Positions 8,439 through 19,200 of a stretch of DNA of 33,417 nucleotides are shown here, in pieces; the stretch's first letter is position 1, and each line of letters opens with the position of its first letter. The notes beneath the pieces are model-generated. The model had not been told where the DNA came from, ran no database searches, and saw nothing but the letters and a program-made list of their open reading frames with translations. The stretch is from positions 1 through 33,417 of the IMG/VR virus record IMGVR_UViG_3300010047_000083; one strand, written 5' to 3'. The stretch comes from a virus. Taxonomy: Duplodnaviria > Caudoviricetes. Position numbers and translations under genes: made by a program.

Positions 8439-8708
8439 ATGGCTAGGTATGCGCTTGTTACGGGTGGTGTCGTGGAGAACGTGGCGGAGTGGGATGGAAC
8501 GTCCTCGTGGGAGTTGCCGGTAGGTACGACTAGAATTCAGTCCGACACCGCAACGCCTGGGGATACTTGGGATGGGGTTAGATTCACTAAGCCCCCTCCG
8601 CGGTCGGTGCCCATTCCCGTCCCACCTCCCATCTTGACCACGGAGCAGAAGTTGGCTAGAATAGGGCTGACGGTTAGTGAGTTGAAAGCGGTGTTGGGGT
8701 TGCCATGA
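8439..8708 (+). CDS. Small fibre-associated protein (tail fibre assembly/chaperone-like)
   Basis: 'YALV..GVVENV..WDG', 'GDTWDG..F..P' and 'EQKLARIGLTV.ELKA.LGL' are typical of genes that follow Gly-rich fibres. Confidence 0.65.
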   Translation: MARYALVTGGVVENVAEWDGTSSWELPVGTTRIQSDTATPGDTWDGVRFTKPPPRSVPIPVPPPILTTEQKLARIGLTVSELKAVLGLP

Positions 8709-9112
8709 GACTGGGAATGGCAGAAGGCGAAGATTGCCGGATGGCCATGGATTGGATGCTGGCTCGGCTAGGCTCGCGGCTGGGTCTATTCACGCGGGAA
8801 GCCCTGCTGGAATTGGTTGAAAGTGGCCATATGCAGGTTTGGATATATGGGGATGATTGCGGGAGCGTGCGGGGAGTGTGGGTGACGCAGTTGGTGGAGT
8901 ACCCGGCGGGGAGAGCGCTGGAGGCGCCACTGGGCGCTGGGTTGGAGCTTTTCAGCGGGCTGGATTTTGGGCTGGATAAGATGACGGATTTTGCTAGGGA
9001 GATGGGGTGTAAGCGGCTGGTCATTAATGGCCGGTTGGGGTGGAAGAAGGTGCTAGAGAAACGTGGGTGGTCGCTGAGGTCTATCCAGATGGTCAAGGAG
9101 TTGTGGAGTTGA
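8705..9112 (+). CDS. GNAT-fold-like virion morphogenesis protein
   Basis: 'FAREMGCKRL.I.GR.GWKKVL...GW' motif, in the usual position before the first ejection gene of podoviruses. Confidence 0.7.
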   Translation: MRLGMAEGEDCRMAMDWMLARLGSRLGLFTREALLELVESGHMQVWIYGDDCGSVRGVWVTQLVEYPAGRALEAPLGAGLELFSGLDFGLDKMTDFAREMGCKRLVINGRLGWKKVLEKRGWSLRSIQMVKELWS

Positions 9113-9115
9113 GCC

Positions 9116-9970
9116 ATGAGTGGTGAACCTAAGCCGAGTACGGTTACTAACAAGTTCGAGATGAGCCCAGAGCAGCGGCAACTGTATGGCTATGCGGACC
9201 CGTTTATTAAACAATTCGCTGCGAATCCGCCGAAGCTCTATCCCGGTAGCGGGGTGGCTGGGTTCGATCCGACGCAAGAGTTGGCCCAGCAGTTGGCGCT
9301 GACTGGGGCAGAGCAGCAGGCCAATCTGGTGGGGTCGGGAGCAGGGGCCTCGGACTTCTTGCTCGGGGATGTGCTTTATCCGGAGAGTAACCCGGCGCTC
9401 CAGTCAACGATTAACGCTGCTACCCGGCCGATCTACGAGAACCTGACCGAGAATGTGCTGCCGGCGGTGAGGTCAGGGGCGGAGACGAGTGGGCAGTTCG
9501 GCGGGTCGAAGGAGCAGATAGCCGAAGGGATCGCGAGTAGGGAGGCGGGGCGGTCGGCCGGGGATGTGGCCTCGAAGATCGCGACGGAGGGGTATGGCAA
9601 GGGGCTGGACGCGATGACGAAGGCCTTGGGCCTGCTGCCCGCTACGGCGCAGTCTATCAACCTGCCAGCTAGTACGGTCGGGGCGGTCGGTGATGTGCGG
9701 CAGAACATGAGCCAACAGCAGCTTACCGAGCAGGTCCAGCGGTGGCTGTATGAGCAGAATTTGCCGCTGGAGATGGCGCAGTCTATTGTCTCGATGATAA
9801 GCGGGATACCGGGCGGGACGACCACGGCCACTGGCACGCCTCCGCAGGCGAGCGGGTTGCAGAAGGGACTGGGCGGGGCGGCGAGCGGTGCGGCCCTGGG
9901 CAGTATGCTATTCCCTGGGATAGGGACGATAGCCGGGGCAGGACTAGGTGGACTATTGGGCTTCTTGTAA
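9116..9970 (+). CDS. DNA ejection (pilot/DNA-transfer) protein 1
   Basis: 'SGA...GQFGGS...IAEGIA', Gln/Ala-rich helices and a Gly-rich hydrophobic C-terminus 'GAALGSMLFPGIGTIAGAGLGGLLGFL'. Resembles recalled LUZ24-like internal proteins. Confidence 0.78.
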   Translation: MSGEPKPSTVTNKFEMSPEQRQLYGYADPFIKQFAANPPKLYPGSGVAGFDPTQELAQQLALTGAEQQANLVGSGAGASDFLLGDVLYPESNPALQSTINAATRPIYENLTENVLPAVRSGAETSGQFGGSKEQIAEGIASREAGRSAGDVASKIATEGYGKGLDAMTKALGLLPATAQSINLPASTVGAVGDVRQNMSQQQLTEQVQRWLYEQNLPLEMAQSIVSMISGIPGGTTTATGTPPQASGLQKGLGGAASGAALGSMLFPGIGTIAGAGLGGLLGFL

Positions 9971-9982
9971 GAGGAGAAAGAA

Positions 9983-10741
9983 ATGGACTGGTTAGCGAGT
10001 TTGCTTGGAGGAATGGGTCCTGGTGCCATGGCTGGGATGGGAGAACTGGGTGATCTGATGATGCCAGCAGGGGCCGGAGCACCTCCGGGGGCTGGGATGG
10101 CGGCTGGTTTCGAGCTACCAGAGTCTAAGCCTGGGACGCGGTTTGGCGTCGTGCCGGGTGGAATGGCGGACAGGATACTAGGGCCTTTATCCCCGGCAAT
10201 ACCGCAGCCGCCGACGACCGCAGCGCCTCCTGGGACAGTTAATACGTCCGGCAAGGGGGATTTTGGTGGGCCATCTAGTCCGACGGCTCAGCCTATGGGT
10301 AGTCCCGGGACCGTCGGAGGCACTAACCTTGCGGCTATGCCCTCGTGGGTTCAGTCGGTGGCGGCCGGTGGGTTTGGGTTGCCAAAGAGTGGGCTAGGGG
10401 GTGGTGGACCGGCCGCTAGGCCTGGAGTGCCGGAAGGCGGGGGTGGACAAGTGGGCGGAGCCCCGTCTCCAGGTGAGGCAGTACCTGCCCCTCGTCCTAG
10501 GCCTGCTGAAGCCGGCGCACCGGCGAAGCAGCCGAATGACTTCGGTGATCGATTGGTCAAGGCCCTGGCAGCCATCCGGCCGCCTAACACCCCGGAGGTC
10601 CGGCCCACCAGTTTGAGCCAGCCCCGTGGTTCGTTCAACCCGAGCGGTGGGATTCAGAAGTTGCTGCAGTTGGCCCTAGTGCCGCAAGGTGGAGTGAGTC
10701 CGCTGGCGTTGCACCTAGGGGGTGGACGTAGAGGGTACTGA
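9983..10741 (+). CDS. Gly/Pro-rich putative internal virion/ejection protein
   Basis: RBS GAGGAG, low-complexity sequence and position in the ejection module. Confidence 0.65.
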   Translation: MDWLASLLGGMGPGAMAGMGELGDLMMPAGAGAPPGAGMAAGFELPESKPGTRFGVVPGGMADRILGPLSPAIPQPPTTAAPPGTVNTSGKGDFGGPSSPTAQPMGSPGTVGGTNLAAMPSWVQSVAAGGFGLPKSGLGGGGPAARPGVPEGGGGQVGGAPSPGEAVPAPRPRPAEAGAPAKQPNDFGDRLVKALAAIRPPNTPEVRPTSLSQPRGSFNPSGGIQKLLQLALVPQGGVSPLALHLGGGRRGY

Positions 10742-10742
10742 T

Positions 10743-10775
10743 AAGGGGCATTGGGCGATCGTGCCCCAGCGCCCA
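10743..10775 (+). ncRNA. 33-nt structured element, copy 1 (candidate pseudoknot)
   Basis: AAGGGGCATTGGGCGATCGTGCCCCAGCGCCCA is 28/33 identical to the reverse complement of 31437-31469, with a compensatory change in stem GGGGCR/YGCCCC. Confidence 0.6.
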
Positions 10776-10789
10776 TTGTGGAGGGTCTA

Positions 10790-11344
10790 ATGGCCGATGA
10801 CGAAGAGGACGTCTTCCTGCCTAAGATGAACCAGGCCGGACAGGCCATAGGCAGTGCTATGAACCGGCCGGAGGTGATGGCCGCCCTGCTGCAGTTCGGG
10901 CTTAGCTCATTATCCGGGCGGCCGTTTGGCCATGCGGTGGGGGAGGCGGGAGAAGCCGTTAGTCGGCTGCAGGAAGGGGATGAGAAGGCCCGAAAGACGA
11001 AGTTGGCGGAGGATGCGGCCGCCGAGCGGGCCGATCGGGAGAGGGAGAAGCTGGACCTGGCCGAGGAGGAGGCAGCTAGTCGGCAGGGAGAGCGGCAAAA
11101 CAGGGCCAACTCCCGCGGCTTTAGGGGACTACTAGCGCAGCGGCGAGAGGAGCGGATGGCCAATACGGCCACTGGGCGCGGTAGAACGTGGGCGGAGAGG
11201 GCTCAACCCGGCACATCCGTAGTGCAGGAAGGCGTGACGTATGTGAAGCAACTGGACGGGAGCTGGAAGCCTAAGTCCACCAGCTTGCAGGTCCAGCAAC
11301 CGGAGCAACCCCAACCGGCTCCATCGGAGGTGGCCAGTGGCTGA
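10790..11344 (+). CDS. Putative ejection protein
   Basis: Start revised to ATG 10790 (GGAGGG upstream). 'AALLQFGLS.LSG' amphipathic segment, charged coiled coil and C-terminal 'GTSVVQEGVTYVKQLDGSWKP' module. Confidence 0.68.
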   Translation: MADDEEDVFLPKMNQAGQAIGSAMNRPEVMAALLQFGLSSLSGRPFGHAVGEAGEAVSRLQEGDEKARKTKLAEDAAAERADREREKLDLAEEEAASRQGERQNRANSRGFRGLLAQRREERMANTATGRGRTWAERAQPGTSVVQEGVTYVKQLDGSWKPKSTSLQVQQPEQPQPAPSEVASG

Positions 11345-11618
11345 CAGGAAAGACAAGAGGGAGTATAAGAACTTCCGGATGCGGGAAGCGAAGCGGCCGC
11401 AGGATGATGACGAGGATGATCTAGAGCTGGGCGATCTGATGCAGCCCGCTGCCCCAGGGACAGAAATCGATCCATCCTCTCGTCATTTCGAGACCTTGAT
11501 AAAGGGATTGGGCGATGCAGAGCGGCCGAAGCCACTGCCCGAGAGTAAGGGCAGTCCGACCGACCGTATGTTCGATTTGATAAAGAAGACGAGGCGTGGC
11601 CATGGCACCCCGTACTAA
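11337..11618 (+). CDS. Small charged protein carrying ELGDLMQP motif (putative internal virion protein)
   Basis: GTG start after GGAG, tight overlaps on both sides and the shared motif. Confidence 0.6.
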   Translation: MADRKDKREYKNFRMREAKRPQDDDEDDLELGDLMQPAAPGTEIDPSSRHFETLIKGLGDAERPKPLPESKGSPTDRMFDLIKKTRRGHGTPY

Positions 11619-12657
11619 GCCGCCGGCTGATGCTCCGGCCGACGAGGAAGAAGATAGCCCTATCGACTTCGAGCAGGCCAACCCATACACGGAGATGGCC
11701 CAGCGGCACGCCTACTATCGGCATACAATGAAGGATGTGCCGACGCCGGGGACTGGCGATGCTGTCGCGGAGTGGTTGGATAGTATTCTAGGTCCACCCG
11801 AGGAGTGGCAAGAGGCGAAGATGCGGGGTGATCTGGGCAGTCTGATGCAGCCCCAGCAGGCGCAGTATACCCCACCTCCGCCCTCGGATCAGTTTATCAG
11901 TCCAACCCAACGGCCGCCTATGGGACCAGGGCAGGAAATCCAGCGGCCGGGAATGAAGACGGAAGAAGACCTCCGCAAATTCGAGAAAGAGAAGGGAATG
12001 CCGGAGTTTCAGGAGACTCCTCCGGCCGCCATGGAGCACCAGAAGCGAGAAGCCCCTGGGGAGATTGCCAGGGACAAGGAGCTTATGGACAAGTATGAGA
12101 AGCTGCGGCCGAATACGGGGGATTTAGAGGAGGACCTGCGTAGGCTGGATGAGGCCGATAGGCTAGGCCCAATGATCGGGCGGATGGCGATAGATGAGTT
12201 TAAGGCGAAGCATGGGGAGGGCAAGTTACCGGAGAAATATGCTGACATGGACGAGGAGGATGATGATCCAGAGTGGGAGGGAGAGCCGGGGTCGCCGGAC
12301 ATCCCGTCGGCCAAAGATTATAAGTACCTCAAGGACCATGGAGGGGATAAGGCATACGAGTCGTTTGTTAATCGGTTTGGGTTTAGTGCGCTGACCCCAC
12401 CGGAGGAGCGGGACCCGAATGAGGTACCACTGCCCCGGCCGCGCCATCCGCATTTGGACTACAACAACCCGGTCGGCCCTGGGACCATGACCCCTGGGGA
12501 AATGATAGAGCAGGGAGGAATGCTGCGGAAGCAGGATGTGGAGGCTTGGATACGACAGCGCAAGGCGAATGGGGCGTCAGACGAACTTATCCAGAGGCAG
12601 TTGGATGAGTTGAGAAAAGAGGGGCTGATCGAGGGCGAGCGGAGAAGGAGAAGGTGA
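11602..12657 (+). CDS. Acidic/Pro-rich protein carrying DLGSLMQP motif (putative internal virion protein)
   Basis: ATG 11602 after GAGG. Long ORF in an operon; ends in RRRRR. Confidence 0.68.
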   Translation: MAPRTKPPADAPADEEEDSPIDFEQANPYTEMAQRHAYYRHTMKDVPTPGTGDAVAEWLDSILGPPEEWQEAKMRGDLGSLMQPQQAQYTPPPPSDQFISPTQRPPMGPGQEIQRPGMKTEEDLRKFEKEKGMPEFQETPPAAMEHQKREAPGEIARDKELMDKYEKLRPNTGDLEEDLRRLDEADRLGPMIGRMAIDEFKAKHGEGKLPEKYADMDEEDDDPEWEGEPGSPDIPSAKDYKYLKDHGGDKAYESFVNRFGFSALTPPEERDPNEVPLPRPRHPHLDYNNPVGPGTMTPGEMIEQGGMLRKQDVEAWIRQRKANGASDELIQRQLDELRKEGLIEGERRRRR

Positions 12658-13232
12658 TGGCTAGACGGACGGAAGCAGACGATGACGACGACATCTACCT
12701 GCCTCGGCCTCTGACGCACGGGGTATTCGATGTCCAGCCGAAAGAGTATGAAATGGGGGAGGAGCCTGCATATCCGGGTCCTTCGCAGGCTCCTCTGCGG
12801 CCGCCCAGCCCTAGGGATGAAATGGACGCGAAGGCGGAGGAGGAGAGGGAGAGGCAGTTTAGGGACCCGTATGCGGATAGGGGCCCGCTCTCCGCCCACA
12901 TCGACCACATTCGGGAGTTGATGGTAAACCCTGGGAGTCCCAGGAGCCAGGCCTGGATGCGGGAGTTGGATAGGGTGGTCCAGCCGGGCGAGAGCCGGCA
13001 CATGATGAATGCTATTAGGGGCATTCCTCGGGACGCCGACGACAATACCATCCTACGAATTGTCCGGGAGAAGCTAGGGCTGGTGGCGCCGGGCCGGGTG
13101 GTGCAGGATGTGCAGCACTTCGGGGGCGACCGGCTGCCGAATGAGGCCTCTGCCTTCGACCAGAAGCGCGATCCTGGCCATGCGGTCGGGGGTGAGGACC
13201 TGGGCGACTACATCTACCCACGGAGAAGGTAA
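12657..13232 (+). CDS. Acidic/Pro-rich hypothetical protein (putative internal virion protein)
   Basis: TGATG coupling and AGGAG RBS. Ends in DLGDYIYPRRR. Confidence 0.65.
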   Translation: MARRTEADDDDDIYLPRPLTHGVFDVQPKEYEMGEEPAYPGPSQAPLRPPSPRDEMDAKAEEERERQFRDPYADRGPLSAHIDHIRELMVNPGSPRSQAWMRELDRVVQPGESRHMMNAIRGIPRDADDNTILRIVREKLGLVAPGRVVQDVQHFGGDRLPNEASAFDQKRDPGHAVGGEDLGDYIYPRRR

Positions 13233-16200
13233 GTGGCTGAGTTCGACCCGAATCTGCCTTTCACCATGGTGCAGGCTGGGCAGCAATCTCCTGTCCGCCG
13301 TGCGCCGTGGCTCAATCCGACTGAGGAACCGGACCTGACCCCGGAGGAGCAGCAACAGCGGCTGCCGGTCCCGCAGGAGGAGCAGGAGAGGCAGGATTTT
13401 GAGCGCAACCGCCGAGAGACGGAACCTCCACCCCCGAGAGAGAAGGCGCCTAGACGCCCGGCGGCGCAATTCAACCCGGACCAGAGCTTCCAAGTTGCGC
13501 AGGCGGGGGAACCTACGGAGTTCAATCCCGACAAGGCATTTAGTGTGATGGCGCAGGTAGTGCCGCCTGTACCGCAGGAGACGCCCAGTGTCCCGAAACC
13601 AGACCCAGCCGCCCCGACCTCTCCCGCCCAGCAGTCGCCGGGGAATATTGTTGGGAGTTTTAATCGGGGTAGGGCTAATCTTAATGCGGATTTGGCGACC
13701 GCGACGTTCTCGGCCGGCCGCTTCACTGCGGATGTGGTAGCCGACAATATCATGCGGGCGAAGGCGGTCGAGGCCCTTAACCCTCCGACTCCGGGGGTGG
13801 CCGCTGGTGATAGGGAGTGGCAGAAGATTGAGGGAATTTGGCCAGCACTTGGTCATATCTTCAGTAATCCGGAGTGGACCGCCTCTAAGGCGATAGAGAC
13901 GCTGCCCAGTTCAGCCCCACCGATGCTGCTGGCGGCCGGCGGTGGATTGGTTGGTGGGACCGCTGGAGCCATTCCCGGCGTGGGGTTGGGCAGTGCCCTA
14001 GTCGAGTATGGGAACTCCTATCGGGAGTATTTGCAGAAGAAGGCCCAGCCGGTTACGAGGGAAGATTGGCTGAAGGTCCTGAATAACCCGGCGCTGACTA
14101 ATGAAGCCCATTGGTGGGCGATGAAAAGGGCGGCGGCGGTCGGTACGGCCGACATGCTGGGCGCGTTCTTCGGCGGGAAGTTTGCGGCCAAGACCATTGA
14201 GAAGGCCGGTGGGACGGTGTTGAGTAAGATTGGGGGGATTAGCGGCGGTATTGGGATTAGTGGGTTGACGGAGGGAGTAGGTGAGGCCGGGGCGCAGTTG
14301 GCCACTGAGGGGAAGGTTGATTGGAAGGAGGTCGTGCTGGAGAGTGTGATCGGTGGGTTGGTCGGAGGCCCAATTGAGGTTGCGGCCGGCTATAGCCACG
14401 GAACCGGCTCGACCAGCCACCAGGGCCGGGCTCCGACGCCGGAGGAGTTGGGGAATATTGCCGGGGGACAGGGGAGTGGCGGGCCTCCGCTGCACTTCCC
14501 CGATAGGGTGAGCTATGTCGAGGTCCCGAGCCCAGCGAAGAATGTGGCGCCGGTAGAGCCAGCGGTCTTTGAGGAGCCGCGGCAGGCGGCCGGTCAGCCG
14601 GTTGACCTGCTTGTAAGTGGGCAGGAGGAGCGGACGTTTAGCGGCCGCGTGACCATGGCGGAGGGCTATGATAAGACTGGCCAGCCATTTTCCATCATTT
14701 CGGGGATTCAGTCGGATGTGGACCCAGTTAGTGAGCCCGCCCGACAGGAGATACGGGCGACTAGGGATGAGGTCGAGGGGCATGTGCAGGCTGGGCTGGC
14801 CGCGAAGGAGCGGGGGTCGCAGGCGCAGGCTAGGGGAGATATGGCCGGGGCTGGGTTGGGCTTTCAAGAGGCCACGGAGGCGGTGGCTAGGGCGGACAGT
14901 ACGAGGGAGAATTACGCAGCGCAGGTCGCGAAGTGGCTGGCTGGGCTGACTGGAGTCCCGGATGCACAAGCGACTGGACGGGCGATTGAGGGTGCTATTA
15001 AGTGGGCGCAGGATAACGGACACAAACAGGTTGCGCTACTACCTAGCGTTGAGGAGGAAACAAGGGCGCCTGAGTTCTACAACAAGTACCTCCCCCAGGC
15101 CATCAGGAAGTGGGCCAAAGCGACCGGCATAGCGGCCGGCGTGCGGGCGATTAGGGATCGTGAGGGCAAATTACGGAGGGTGCCGTTTTTTGAGGTCCCG
15201 CCCAAGGTCACTACAGCCATTCTGCCGGGGGTAAAGAGGACTGGCGGTGGGGTCACTATCGAAGGCCGGCCGTCTCATACGATCGCGGATGTGAACGAGT
15301 TGCTTCGGAACCCTGGCGACCCCATGATGCGGCAAGCGCCGTGGGGGTTTTCTTTCCCGTTTGTCCAGTCGTTGACCAGAGAGCAGTATGCGACTCTGCT
15401 GCATAACATTGAGCGGGACCCGGCGTATGGGGCATGGCTGGAGAATTTCCATAGGGGCCTGCATGATGAGGATACGTTTCCGGGGCCGGTCCCGCTGGAT
15501 ATAAAGATTGGGGAGTCGGTAAGGCCTGGGTCGCGGAATTGGCGGCAGCAGCAGAGGGCCGCTAATGAGCAGAAGCTGTCGGACTTGAGGCAGCGGATTT
15601 CGTGGATAGCGCAGGAGCTGCGGGGGACTGATCCCACGAATACCCCGTATCGGATGGAATTGCGGAATGAGCTTACCCGGTTGAGGGAAGAGTATAGGCA
15701 TGTGGGGAAGGTGGGTCCTAAGGCGGAGAATATAATTGGTGAGTCTGATCGACCGAAGCGCAAGTTCAAATCTCCTTGGGGTGGGGAGGAGTATGAGCAG
15801 CCCAAGTGGGTGCATATTAGGAATCTAAGGACCCGTATTGGCCAACTGGCGAGGGATTTGACTGATTTCAATAAGCGCTATCCTGGAGAGGTCGCTGTGG
15901 AGAGGCGGCGGCTAGTGGAACTGCGGAAGGAACTGCGGGACTTGTTGGCTGAACCGCCGGAGGCAGGTGAGGCCCGGCGGCCGAAGGGACCTGCTGGTCC
16001 GCGGGACATCACCAACATTCCGGAGAGCAATATCGGGAGTGGGGTCACGACCGCCCTGGAAATTGAACAGGAGAAGATGAAATATTCGTTCGCTGCTCTG
16101 CAGGACTTGGCGAAGTTGGTCAAGTCCATGCGGATCGGCATTCCTATTCGCATGAATGCAGTCTACGACCCGACCGGCCATACCATTTCCCTCGGCCGGG

Positions 16201-19200
16201 GTGGGCTGGCGGCCGACGGTACGGGCTTCATAACCATTAACGCCGCGAAGCTGCAATCGCAAGTCGACGCCTACGATCGAGCGGCGCATGAGATGGGCCA
16301 TGTGCTCTTCCAGTTCTACTACGCTAGTGCCCCGGAGGCCATGAAGTCTAAAATCCAAGCCGCCTTCGATAAGTGGAAGTCGGAGAACTCCAATCCTACC
16401 ATGTCCGCCAAGGAGTTCTTCTTAAAGAGGGACTCGGCGGTCTCCAACTACTACTCTAGACTTGACCCGAATGTGCAGTTACGCGACCTGCAGGGCGGGA
16501 TGAAGTATTGGCTGTCCATGGAAGAGTGGATGGCGGAGCAAACGGCCCGGTGGGCTACCTCCGACCAGGAGGCGCTAACTGCGGTGGATCAGATTTTCAC
16601 CCGCATCGGTCGGAAGATACTGGAAGTCAGGGCGGCGCTGTTTAAGAGACTGGGAATTGATATTAAAAGTCAGGGGGGCCAGTTCGCGCCGGATGTGGCG
16701 ATGGCTGCGTGGCTCAATTCGTTCGCGACGGATGCCATTCCGCGAGTCCCGGAGATCGCCTGGGAGGAGCAGAACAGGAGCAGGGTTCAGAATCAGGCCC
16801 ATATGGACCCAGATGTGCCGGCCGCTCCACGACAGCCGGAAACGACCCCAGTTCTAGAAGGCATTCGGAAGCTGTTTGGCGGTGGGAAGCCGCCGGGCGG
16901 TGCGAAGCCTGCCCCTCTGCCCAAGAACTTCCACTCCGCTGCGGCTTATGCGGACAAGTTTGCGCGGTGGAACAAGTGGCTGCTGTCCCTACCGCAGGTG
17001 GCCCAACGGAATCCGCATATTGCGGAGGTGCAGAATGTGGTCCAACTGCTGCGATGGCAGGAGCAGGACCGTACGACCGTCCAGGACAGCGCGATGGACA
17101 CACAGAGGGCTTGGCGCAATCTGGGCCGGACCCGTAGCGATACGCTGGTCGATTTTATGGACGCATACGACCAGATGGAGTATTTGAGCGAGGCGGAGAG
17201 GGCTGCTGGGACGGAGCGCCTACCCACGCAGCAGGAATTGGCCGATATGGCCCGACAGTTCAAGCTGGACGCGGATCAGCTGGGCGTCTTTAACTCGATC
17301 ATTGGCGATTATACGCGCACGTTGGCCCTGATGGAGAATCTGGAGAAGTTTGAAACGAGGGATATTACCGACCCGGCCGAGCGGAAGATCGCGGTGGATG
17401 CTATTGGGGAGAAGTATGTCCAGATGAGGAGCCGACCCTTCATCGCCCATATGCATTTCGGGGAATACATCCTGACGATATATGGGGTGGATGGGACCCT
17501 GAAATATAAGGAGCATTTCCGGACGAAGAAGGAGGCCCAGCGTGCCCAAAGGTTCATTCAGTCTCAAATCCCTACGGAGTTCTATGCGGGGCCTAAAATC
17601 TCCGATAAGTTTCTCTCCCAGGCGACCGCCGCTGCACAGAAGGCGGCAGACTCCATCCTGCAGCCGGGAGATCACGCGGAGGTCGAGGTGGTGGACAAGA
17701 CCTCTGCTCCTTTTCGTGGCCTCCCTAACGGTCTACTCGATCGCATTGGTAATCGCCTCAATCTGAATGAGCAGCAGCAGAACGATCTGGCGCTGATGCG
17801 TTTTCTTTATAACCCCAATCAGCAGTTTATCCGTCGGTTTCGGTCCAGGGAAACCACGCCCGGCTATTCGATGGACTTCCAGAGGGCTCATGCTCAGTAT
17901 TTCTGGAATTTCGGCAACTACTACGCCAGGGTCAAATACAGCGAGGAGATTGATAAGAATGTGAGGTCGCTTTATCGGACTGCAACCTTCATGCCGGGCG
18001 ATAATCGGGTCACCCGGATGGAGATTGCGAATTTCATGTCCGATCTGCATAATGAGCTGAAGGATACAAGGAGCGATTGGACCATTCTACGATCCATTGC
18101 GTTTTTCTGGTTTATTGGTGGGGTGCCCTCGACTGCTACTCTCAACCTCTCGCAGATTACTATGGGGACCTATCCCTATCTGGCCCAGATTTACGGCGAT
18201 AGGAAGGCAGTGGGGTCGACGCTGAATGCCGGGCGGCAGTTTTATAAGTGGTGGAAGCTGGACCCTGATAGTATGCCAGCCGGGGAGCTGAGTCAGGCCC
18301 TCCATGAGGCTAATGTGGCCGGGGTGATTGATGGGGTGCTGGCGCATGAACTGGCGGGTATAGCGGATGGGGCGTCCTTGCGTCGATGGGCAGGAGGGAA
18401 TGAAATCCAGCGCGGGATGCACATGGTCCAGGAGGTCATGTCGTATATGTTCCATACGACGGAGAAGATCAATCGTGTGACTACGTTCGTGGCGGCGCAC
18501 AAACTGGCAGAACAGGGCATTCCGCGAGATTATGCCCGGTCCCTGCGGATGAAAAATCAGCTACTCCTGCAGTCGTTGAGGGATAAGGGATGGACGGACA
18601 AGGCGGCGATGCAGTATATAGCCGCTGTGGATGCGGTCGATACGACGCAGTATCTGTTCAGTCGGTGGGCGAGACCTAAGCTCTTTCGCGGGAAGCAGGG
18701 GAATCTGTTCATATTCAAGTCGTTCGCCCAGAACACGCTATTTAATCTGTGGACCCAGCCGGGCCTCCGTACGCGGTATCTGTTAATGGCCGCGCTACTG
18801 GGTGGGTTCATGGGACTGCCAGGGATGGAGGATGTGGATGAGATTATTGAGGTACTCGCCAATAAGCTGTTCGGGAAGGATTTTAATCTGCGGAAGAAAA
18901 CGCGGGAGATGGTGGTGGAAGGCCTGGACGGCCCCGGCTATTTGGCCGATTTGGTCCTGCACGGACTGTCGCGCTACAGCTACGGAATTCCGGCCGCTCT
19001 GGACCTTGTCTCTGGCTCTATCAACCTACCGCATGTGCCGTTCCCGGTGGTTGACCGCTCGCGTGCTAGGTCTCTTGGTAAGGTCAGCCCGGTTCCGGTT
19101 GGCGAGTTGTTTGGTATAGAGGCGGAAAAGGACTACGGGAAGGCGGTGGCGAAGGCGATTGAACGGGCCGGTGGCGTGATGGTCGGGATGGCAATGACCG

